From Octopus bimaculoides (lineage: Eukaryota), in assembly GCF_001194135.2 (NCBI RefSeq), contig NC_068990.1, forward strand, positions 55,381,370 to 55,445,369: DNA of 64,000 nucleotides, written 5' to 3'. The translations under genes were made by a program, and so were the position numbers. The notes beneath the pieces are model-generated. The model saw nothing but the letters and a program-made list of their open reading frames with translations. It made no database searches and was not told the origin of the DNA. Below are positions 56,401 to 64,000 of this stretch, piece by piece (position 1 is the first letter of the stretch; every line of letters begins with the position of its first letter).

Positions 56401-59400
56401 TGGTCCTCCAAAGTCATCTTAGTCAACCTACTTTTTTGGCAGTAAATTTTGGTCTGAAAAATTCAACTTGTGTGCCAGAAAATATGGTAAAACTATGAAG
56501 GAAGTTTAACCCTTTCGTTACCAACCCAGCTGAAACTGGCTCTGGCTCTGTAGTATAAATGTCTTGTTTTCATAAGTTTTGAATTAATATCTTCCATCAA
56601 ACCTTAGTCACAATTTATGTTCCTAACACTAGCTTAATGATGACTAAGATATTTTACTAAATTCTTCGTTATATTTAAAACAATTGAAAGAAACAGAGCA
56701 TCTCAAAATAAATACTGTAAGGAAAGGATTAAAATTTAATAAGACCCTTATAGAACCAGCGGCAGGTTGTTAAAAGGGTTAAAATGTTTTTTTGCCATTG
56801 CTTTATTGCCATTTTTTAAAGAGCATTTAAAAAGAAATTTTTTTATATTCTGAAGACTAATTTATTGTTTATATTTTTTCTAGGCCTGATTTATTGTTGC
56901 TTGACGGTATGTTTCAATTTATTTTAACTGTGTTCCTCATTTTATGTTTTTTGTTATGTTGAGGTAGCCATGTATCTCCTCTACAGCAAGTCACCGGTTT
57001 CTGCCTCTATCATCCTTTAACCTCTCATCACTTGGCATAAAGCCACCTCCCTCAATACCATTTCCCAACTAAGTTGAGGGGATCTCATATTGCAGGTTAA
57101 TTAGTGACTTCCTAGTGCTGTTGCCAAGTAAAAAAAGCATCCAGTACTCTCTGTAAAGTGGTTGGCATTAGGAAAGGCAGCCAGCTGTAGAAACCATTCC
57201 AAAGCAGACAGTAGAACTTTGCGTTGTCCTCTGGTTTGCCAGCTCCTGTCAAACCATTCAGCCCATCACAGAAAATGGATGTTAAATGGTGATGATGATA
57301 ATGATGTTCTTTTTTCTGTATTATATGAAGTGTAACAGGTTTTAAAATGGGAAGTTGGCAATCCCAAAATATTTTATGTTAATTAGAAATCTTGTAGGAG
57401 ACAAGGCACTCTCACTAGTATTGGTTGTTTTGATAAAATGCACCCAGTAAAGTGGTTGTTGAACAAACATTAAGTTAATAGGATTCTTTAGTCTTGCCAA
57501 GGACACGACAACCTCTTTAGTGATGGTGCTTCAATGAAATGCAATGAAAAATGATAGCTGTTAGAAAATGCATCCAGCCCTCAAAAACCATGCTAAATTG
57601 CAATACATGAGTAAGATGTCTCTGACATGTCTTAGAAAGCAGTAACTCCAAAACAGAATTATCTTGTGTTCCAGTATCTGTTCTGGGTCTTTGTTGTCTG
57701 AGTTTAAATTCCACCTAATAGCAGCTTCTCTCCTCGTGGCAGAAATGGGTCCTTCAAGAGACAACCAACAGTGGCAAGCTTCAGGTATCAGAGTAGGGTG
57801 ATATGATGATGGGAGCAATATGTCTGTCATATCAATAAAACAAGTGGACATTGCACAAAAGTGGATAAACATTAGGATGGGATCCTCTCCCCAACTGTGG
57901 CCTCCAGAACTCTGACAACAAGCAATCAGAACAGATTAATGTATTTATATAGCAATGTGTCTATTTCTGTGTTGTGTAAGTTTTAAACGTTTTATATCTT
58001 ACTTTACAGAACCTACAAACATGTTGGATATGAAAGCTATCATTTGGTTGGAAGATTATTTGCAGGTAGTTATACATGAATCTACTTTTGTTGCTGCTAT
58101 TAATTAATGCTACTCATTAAAGCATTTAATTACTGGTATTAACTTTTGTTCTTTACTAATAACCATTTTAAAAGCCATTCTAACAGTAAGAATGGATGTC
58201 AAATTTAAGACAAACTTTTTCAAATGGTAGCCTTTATTTATTAATGATTTTATGTTTTAATGATTAGCTATGGGAATATTTTTGTATAGGCCTAATTGAG
58301 CAAAAGTGGTCTAATCAGGACTATCTTGTGCTTTTTTTTGTATATCAGGCACTTCAATATATCCTTCTTTGTTTAAGACTGTAGGCTGTGCTTAAGTGAG
58401 ATTTGGATGCTATTTCTAGTAAACTGAACAACTACATAGTTGCTCACTTGTTGGTTATTGTAGAATGATAATTATTATAGTATTGTTTCCAGCCAACTCA
58501 TTCAGGATATCAACAGTACTGCTTTTGAGCCTATTGTATTGAATGAGCTGATGTTATGGTATATTCATGAATTTTGGTTTAATTTTGACTTTGAAAAAAT
58601 TCAATGATTTAATTATAGTTTTCTTTTTTGAGCTGAATCAATGCAAAGACCCACTATACATTCTGAATGTATTCTCATTTATTCATTCCTAGACGTGGAC
58701 GTCAACAATTCTAGTTGTATCTCACGACAGACAGTTCTTAAATGCAGTTGCCACAGATATCTTATATTTACACAGTGGTCGTATTGACACCTATAAAGGA
58801 AATTATGAAACATTTATGAAGAGTCGCGAAGACAGATTAAAAAATCAACAGAAAGAATATGAAGCACAACAACAATACAGAGAACATATTCAGGCATGTA
58901 TTAGCATTATCATCATCATTGTCTTTACTTTATAAAGTTACTTCTACAGATATTCTTTAGAAAGTAGAGCCACCAACTAATTTGTTATGATGTTTCATAT
59001 ACAAAACGCCTCTGTAAGGAAGGCTATCGAAGATAGAAAGTGGGTTTAAAAAGTGAATTAATAACACTGTTAACACTGGTGGTGCACAGCATTGACTTAT
59101 AAGCCTTTAATATACTTGGTAGTATATTATGGTTGCGTAACGAAATATGGTGTCCCTATCACCAATTAACATTATTTTTACATCTGCTTTTTCCATGTTT
59201 ATGTGGTTTGGATGGGTCCTTTCCAATACAGAGTTTTACTATCTGTTGCATTCCTTTGTCATCTCCATCGTGAGGTTCAACACCTTGAGATCAGTTTTTA
59301 CTACTACTGCATATTTCTTCTTTGGTCTTCTGTATTTTCTTACAACTCAGATCGGTCACTATTTACTGATCTCTTATCCATATGCATTACATGCCTCCCC

Positions 59401-62400
59401 CCAAATGCAGTTGTCTCCCTTGCATACTGATTTTTCTTGTACTTAGTTTACCTTTGAGATTGTCTGTATTTTAATATTACACATTCATTTCTATTTAGCC
59501 TTTGCATTTACACAGCATTCAGCTCCCACAACTCAATGTCATGCAGCATCATTGTTCACACACATACACACAAGCACCATACAATCTAGTCTTTGCTAAG
59601 AGAATTTTCTTATTGTCAGCAGAGGTAATAACTCCTTGAACATTTTCCATCTTATTTTTATTCTGACAACCACTTTCAGAAAACCTTCCTCTATTGCCAG
59701 TTAGGTGGCCCAGGTAATAGAAACTATCAGCTACTTTTACAGAGTTTCCTAGACAGTGTAAAGTATTTATTTTACCTGTGCTCTAACTGCTAACTACTAC
59801 TGCTGTGCATTTTATGACTGCACAGTAAGAAGTTTGCTTCCCAACCACATCATACTGGGTTCAGTCCCACTGCGTGGAACCGTGGGCAAACGTTTTCTAC
59901 CGTAGCCTTGGGTCGACCAAAGCCTTGTGAGCGCCTGGAAAAAATTATCTGCAAAGTCAGTACAAAGTGTCTTATGACATTTCTTTCAAGTTGAGATACT
60001 GATCAGGTTGTCTTTAAATGCCATCCTTCCAAGGCTGACAAAAATACTGGGTGCATGGGTTGTGTTGATTTCATTATCTCTTGAAGTTTGAGCCCCAGCA
60101 TGGCCACAGTTTAATGACTAAAACTAGCTAAAAAAAAAAAAAATCATCTTTCTGTCTGTCCTACAATCTATCCATTGATTCACCTACAAAGAAAATCCTA
60201 GATAAAACTTGTTTTTGTAAATCAAGAAAAAAAAAAAACAAAAAAAAACTTTAGATGTAAGTGCAGGTGTGGCTGTGTGGTAAAAAGCTTGATTCCCAAC
60301 CACATGGTTCCTTGTTCAGTCCTACTGCATGGCAACTTGAGCAAGTGTCTTCCACTATAGCCTGGGGCTAACCAAAGCATTGTGAGTGGATTTGATAGAG
60401 GGAAACTGAAGCCCAACAATCGAGTGAGGTCGTTGCCAGTGCCACTGGACTGGCTCCCGTGCAGGTGGCACATAAAAAAACACCACTTGAGCATGGCCGT
60501 TGCCAGTACTGCCTGACTGGTCCTCGTGCCGGTGGCACGTAAAAGCAGCCACTACACTCTCGGAGTGGTTGGCATTAGGAAGGGCATCCAGCTGTAGAAA
60601 CTCTGCCAGATCAGATTACAGCCTGGTGCAGCCATCTGGTTCGCCAGTCCTCAGTCAAATCGTCCAACCCATGCTAGCATGGAAAGCGGACTTTAAACGA
60701 TGATGATGATGATATATACATGTGTGTGTGTGCGCTTGTGCTTGTGTTTGTCACCCACCATTGCTTGACAACTGGTGTTGGTGTGTTTATGTCCCTGTTT
60801 GGCGAAAGAGAGACAAATAGGCTTATAAAAAAAGTACTGGAGTTGATTCTTTTGACTAAGAATTCTTCAAGGTAGACTGGCCACAGTCTAATGACTGAAG
60901 CAAGCAAAAGATAAAAGATTATTATATGCTTTTGAAAGTATAATCTGTACAGAGAGTAAAAAAAATACATTAGCCACTATTTTGTTTTCTTTCTGTATTT
61001 TATCATGCTATAAACACAGTTTTGTTAGAAATGTTTTTGTTTTCTTAAAATTTATTTGCTTACCAACCGCAAGGTTCTGGGTTCAGTCCCACTGCGTGGC
61101 ACGTTGGGCAAGTGTCTTCTATTATAGCCTCAGGCTGACCAAAGTCTTGTGAGCAGATTTGGTAGACAGAAACTGAAAGAAGCCCGTTGTAGATATGTAT
61201 GTATGTATGTATATGTTTGTGTGTCTGTGTTTGTCCCCCCCCAACATTGCTTGACAACCGATGCTGGTGTGTTTATGTCCCTGTAACTTAGTGGTTCGAC
61301 AAAAGAGACCAATAGAATAAGTACTATGCTTACAAAGAGTAAATCCTGGGTCAATTTGCTCAACTAAAGGTGGTGCCCCATTATGGCCACACTCAAATGA
61401 CAAACAAATAAAAGAATAAAAGAATGCTTTTTTCTACACNNNNNNNNNNNNNNNNNNNNNNNNNNNNNNNNNNNNNNNNNNNNNNNNNNNNNNNNNNNNN
61501 NNNNNNNNNNNNNNNNNNNNNNNNNNNNNNNNNNNNNNNNNNNNNNNNNNNNNNNNNNNNNNNNNNNNNNNNNNNNNNNNNNNNNNNNNNNNNNNNNNNN
61601 NNNNNNNNNNNNNNNNNNNNNNNNNNNNNNNNNNNNNNNNNNNNNNNNNNNNNNNNNNNNNNNNNNNNNNNNNNNNNNNNNNNNNNNNNNNNNNNNNNNN
61701 NNNNNNNNNNNNNNNNNNNNNNNNNNNNNNNNNNNNNNNNNNNNNNNNNNNNNNNNNNNNNNNNNNNNNNNNNNNNNNNNNNNNNNNNNNNNNNNNNNNN
61801 NNNNNNNNNNNNNNNNNNNNNNNNNNNNNNNNNNNNNNNNNNNNNNNNNNNNNNNNNNNNNNNNNNNNNNNNNNNNNNNNNNNNNNNNNNNNNNNNNNNN
61901 NNNNNNNNNNNNNNNNNNNNNNNNNNNNNNNNNNNNNNNNNNNNNNNNNNNNNNNNNNNNNNNNNNNNNNNNNNNNNNNNNNNNNNNNNNNNNNNNNNNN
62001 NNNNNNNNNNNNNNNNNNNNNNNNNNNNNNNNNNNNNNNNNNNNNNNNNNNNNNNNNNNNNNNNNNNNNNNNNNNNNNNNNNNNNNNNNNNNNNNNNNNN
62101 NNNNNNNNNNNNNNNNNNNNNNNNNNNNNNNNNNNNNNNNNNNNNNNNNNNNNNNNNNNNNNNNNNNNNNNNNNNNNNNNNNNNNNNNNNNNNNNNNNNN
62201 NNNNNNTTAAAATTGAAGTCCTGCTTTAAGAATTTTATCTTATTGATATGAATTTTGTTTGTCTTCACTGTTTAAAACAAGGCAAAAGAAGTTTAGATTA
62301 TTTTAAAAATTCCTATTAACATGTCTTAACATACATTAATTTCTTTTAAACTATGTTTTGTAGCCCTGAACTGAAACCTGTTGCTAAAGAAAGTGAGGTT

Positions 62401-63769
62401 ATACTCAAGTAAGTTTTCTTTTGTCAACTCATCGAATTCAAAAGCAAAAAAAAAAAAGTAAAAGGTGGTAGTTAGTGTTTGACTCTTTAGCATTTAGCTC
62501 TGTAACCCCTTGAAGACGGATTTAGTACTGACAGTCTAAATATATACTTTACAGTGTATATTTACAGATTCTTCTCAGTGTGGTATAGTTGAAAACACGG
62601 TGCCACACAGAATGAGGCAGTGTTTTGATGCGGTCAGTATTGCTTCCTGTCTGCAAGGGGTTAACATTCAGATTACTCTGTCAAATGTAATGCTTACTGA
62701 TTCACATTGTTTTGAATTAATCCTGCATGATCTTGCAGCTTCAAGATTTTGATGATGTGATTATTTGTTTCTAGAATGAAATTGTCGGGTAGGTGTAAGA
62801 GGCTGAATCTGGCAAGTTTGATTATAGTAAAACAAGGTAGAATGTTCGGGTCTGATATGATCAGTTTAAATGCTAACAAGTTAAGCTGGCTGTATGCAAC
62901 CCAAATATTCTTCCTGTTTTATGTTCAAGCTAGCCAAATGCAGTCTCTCACATCCACCTACGATATCTTTCTAAGAACATACAATTATATCATCACAATC
63001 TTGAAGCTACGAGATCATGCACAATTAATTCAAAACAGTGTGAATAAATAAGCATTATATTTTATAGAGTAATCTGAATGCTAAAAAGTTAAAGGGATAG
63101 ACAAGGTTTCTCTTTGTGGCAAAGGCAGTCTGCCTGTTCGAGTAATAAAAGGTTTTTTATTTTTATTTTTGGCATAGTGCTGTGCCCATGACTGTTCACA
63201 GGGTACAAGGGACTAGTAGAAGAGTGGGAGGAACAAATGATGATTCTTAGTTTGTTAGAGTAGGAAGTTGCATTTCAAGATATTGAGTTATCATGTGACT
63301 TGAAACCTGGTCCAAATGCTTGTGGTAAAGGTATCAAAAGCTACACTAAAGATACCCAAAAGCCAACCCATAATGGTGTTAAACAGTGAAGTTATATATA
63401 GTGAAGGTGCATGGCTCAGTGATTAGAACATTGGGTTTACAGTTGTAAGGTTGATTCCTGGACTGGGCTATGTGTTGTGTTCTTGAGCAAGACACTTTAT
63501 TTTATATTGCTCCAGTTGTAGAAATGAGTTGTGCCTTCATTGGTGCCAAGCTGTATCAGCCTTTGCCTCTCCCTTGGACAACACTGATGGTATGGATCAG
63601 TGGGGTTCTATATGTAACTTGGTGTTGGGAAGGCTGTCTGGCCATAAAAACCATGCCAAAATAGACACAGAAGTCTAGTACTATCTTCTGTCCTTTTGAT
63701 ACATACATGCACACATGTGCATGCACACATACATGCACATTCACACACGTGTGCACACATACAGACGCG

Positions 63770-63803
<34 letters not shown>

Positions 63804-64000
63804 ATGGGCCTTTTTTCAGTTTCCATCTGCCAGATCCATTCACAAGGCTATAATAGAAGACACTTGCCCAAGGTACCATGCAGTGCAACTGAACCTGGGA
63901 CCATGTAGTTGGGAAGCAAGCTTCTCACCACCCAACCATGCTTGCACCTACTTGTTTATTTTTTATTTATTTATTTTTTTTTTGTTTTATAGATTTCCTG
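34041..64000 (+). CDS. ABCF3: ATP-binding cassette sub-family F member 3 (GCN20-like), 5' part; runs off the window end
   Basis: Exons 34041-34122, 36357-36501, 40569-40701, 43640-43740, 46400-46522, 48407-48511, 49671-49835, 53654-53800, 54732-54788, 56884-56906, 58010-58065, 58693-58893, [one exon inferred in the gap], 62364-62408 and 63993-64000. Motifs present: Walker [10 protein letters not shown]-loop HVEQE, signature FSGGWRMR, Walker B LLLLDE, H-loop VSHD. The N-terminus ([15 protein letters not shown]) is ABCF3-specific rather than ABCF1 or ABCF2. Confidence 0.96.
36357..36501 (+). CDS. ABCF3: ABCF3 exon 2
   Basis: (G)[47 protein letters not shown]; AG/GT boundaries. Confidence 0.93.
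38500..39330 (-). mobile_element. Decayed Tc1/mariner transposase
   Basis: Frameshifted [36 protein letters not shown], plus the HTH segment [14 protein letters not shown]; boundaries approximate. Confidence 0.7.
39590..39790 (-). mobile_element. Penelope-like terminal-repeat fragment with a degenerate minimal hammerhead
   Basis: Minus strand cttt-CTGATAA-AGAGC-atag-GCCC-AAAAC-ATC-aaag at 39678-39713. Confidence 0.6.
40569..40701 (+). CDS. ABCF3: ABCF3 exon 3
   Basis: [21 protein letters not shown]...[10 protein letters not shown]; donor GTAAGT. Confidence 0.9.
41041..41115 (+). pseudogene. Decayed partial copy of ABCF3 exon 2 inside intron 3 (repeated at 41399-41460 by an assembly overlap)
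   Basis: 41054-41115 matches 36412-36473 at 52 of 62 positions without gaps. Confidence 0.8.
41922..42300 (+). mobile_element. tRNA-derived SINE, shared head with (GAT)n RTE-like tail
   Basis: A and B boxes, CORE-like body, then the ACTACACTCTCTGAATGGTTGGCG...(GAT)n module. Confidence 0.75.
42646..43040 (-). mobile_element. tRNA-derived SINE, shared head with tail type 1
   Basis: Full-length reverse complement of the 541-993 family. Confidence 0.8.
43120..43560 (+). mobile_element. tRNA-derived SINE, shared head with tail type 3
   Basis: Shared head followed by CCTTGTCTTGACAT..CCTTGCTTGAAAACAGG..AAATCTGCCTCA..GCAAGCATGG; the same architecture occurs at 52640-53010 and 17940-18358 (minus). 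Confidence 0.75.
43640..43740 (+). CDS. ABCF3: ABCF3 exon 4
   Basis: [21 protein letters not shown]...; donor GTAAGA. Confidence 0.93.
44290..44760 (+). mobile_element. RTE-like 3' module with an internal tandem double-hairpin array and (GAT)n tail
   Basis: Four GCCAGT-N8-ACTG(G/A)C units followed by the common tail. Confidence 0.8.
45130..45410 (-). mobile_element. Penelope-like terminal-repeat fragment with hammerhead half-motifs
   Basis: Minus strand CTGATGAAGG at 45219-45228 and GAAACGTC at 45247-45254; flanked by (TA)n tracts. Confidence 0.6.
46400..46522 (+). CDS. ABCF3: ABCF3 exon 5
   Basis: [11 protein letters not shown]...[16 protein letters not shown]; donor GTTAGT. Confidence 0.94.
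47066..47765 (-). mobile_element. Longer RTE-like 3' end with hairpin array and a duplicated unit of about 85 bp
   Basis: (CAT)n tail at 47066-47090; high similarity to 44290-44760; duplicated AAACTC.GCTTGC.AAGACCTGTTG.GGCAAG.GAAA.CGAAATCG. Confidence 0.78.
48407..48511 (+). CDS. ABCF3: ABCF3 exon 6 (Walker A)
   Basis: [34 protein letters not shown]; donor GTAAGT. Confidence 0.96.
49285..49507. mobile_element. piggyBac-type MITE
   Basis: CCTTT..CATTCAGATTACTCTGTC...AAATGCTAAAGGG|TTAA; family copies at 16669, 29165, 36040, 53360 and 62665. Confidence 0.75.
49671..49835 (+). CDS. ABCF3: ABCF3 exon 7 (Q-loop)
   Basis: [33 protein letters not shown]...; donor GTATGT. Confidence 0.95.
51584..51968 (-). 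mobile_element. Young tRNA-derived SINE with a 13-bp TSD
   Basis: Minus strand GGAGGCGCAATGGCCCAGTGG (A box) ..GTTTCGATTCC (B box); CpG-rich; TSD CCTGCTATAGGTT at 51571-51583 and 51969-51981; a second copy at 55071-55315 is cut by the gap. Confidence 0.9.
53360..53580. mobile_element. piggyBac-type MITE with intact TTAA flanks, 70 bp upstream of ABCF3 exon 8
   Basis: TTAA|CCCTTTAGCATT ... AATGCTAAAGGG|TTAA. Confidence 0.85.
53654..53800 (+). CDS. ABCF3: ABCF3 exon 8
   Basis: [38 protein letters not shown]; donor GTTTGT. Confidence 0.94.
53890..54270 (-). mobile_element. tRNA-derived SINE, shared head with tail type 1
   Basis: Diverged reverse complement of the 541-993 family. Confidence 0.7.
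54732..54788 (+). CDS. ABCF3: ABCF3 exon 9 (ABC signature)
   Basis: (R)[18 protein letters not shown]; donor GTAAGT. Confidence 0.96.
56510..56778. mobile_element. Second piggyBac-type MITE family
   Basis: TTAA|CCCTTTCGTTAC at the left end and AAAGGG|TTAA at the right end. Confidence 0.65.
56884..56906 (+). CDS. ABCF3: ABCF3 exon 10 (23-nt micro-exon, Walker B)
   Basis: ttctag acceptor; (K)PDLLLLD(E); donor GTATGT; phase 2 in and phase 1 out fit both neighbours. Confidence 0.92.
58010..58065 (+). CDS. ABCF3: ABCF3 exon 11
   Basis: (E)[18 protein letters not shown]; donor GTAGTT. Confidence 0.95.
58693..58893 (+). CDS. ABCF3: ABCF3 exon 12 (H-loop; ends at a GC donor)
   Basis: [24 protein letters not shown]...[13 protein letters not shown] followed by CAG|GCATGT. 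Confidence 0.93.
60258..60712 (+). mobile_element. tRNA-derived SINE: shared head, hairpin array and (GAT)n tail
   Basis: A and B boxes, CORE-like body, two hairpin units, RTE-like tail. Confidence 0.82.
61063..61415 (+). mobile_element. tRNA-derived SINE, shared head with tail type 1
   Basis: Highly similar to 541-993. Confidence 0.82.
61440..62206. other. Assembly gap likely hiding one ABCF3 exon
   Basis: The conserved segment VFIDRFRYNANRASQVQSKLKMLEK was not found in the visible sequence between the flanking exons. Confidence 0.75.
62364..62408 (+). CDS. ABCF3: ABCF3 exon (probably exon 14)
   Basis: ttgtag acceptor; (L)[14 protein letters not shown](K); donor GTAAGT. Confidence 0.92.
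63800..63950 (-). mobile_element. tRNA-derived SINE head and body
   Basis: Reverse complement of the shared head; preceded by a (CA)n/(CG)n tract. Confidence 0.72.
63993..64000 (+). CDS. ABCF3: Start of the next ABCF3 exon (truncated by the window end)
   Basis: Long T-rich tract ending in atag, then (K)FP, continuing the expected KFPD; phase 2 fits. Confidence 0.8.

Noticed and set aside
59950-59985. AKSVQSVL-like stretch as the missing ABCF3 exon
   Set aside because: It has no acceptor, no FRYNA motif and no phase-2 donor.

Overview
AT-rich, repeat-dense, gapped animal genomic DNA. The repeat families look like octopus/cephalopod ones; this is inferred from recall of those families, not from a search. 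Two intron-rich + strand genes were reconstructed by hand from splice sites and reading-frame continuity. The first is the last 12 coding exons of nucleoporin NUP133 (1..24114). The second is the 5' two-thirds of the ribosome-associated ABC-F ATPase ABCF3 (34041..>64000): 15 exon segments are visible and one exon is probably hidden in the gap at 61440-62206. The supplied ORF track misses almost all of these exons. Introns and the intergenic spacer are filled with tRNA-derived SINEs (one shared head with several interchangeable tails), RTE and R4/Dong LINE relics, piggyBac, Tc1/mariner and hAT relics and MITEs, and microsatellites. The most notable observations are: several degenerate hammerhead-ribozyme-like motifs, including a recurring variant with a long stem II inside a fold-back element; a GC-AG intron in ABCF3; a decayed copy of ABCF3 exon 2 inside intron 3; a short-uORF plus overlapping-uORF arrangement at the ABCF3 start; and an R4/Dong element stacked in (TAA)n repeats. 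I found no clear novel protein-coding system, rRNA, true tRNA gene or CRISPR array.
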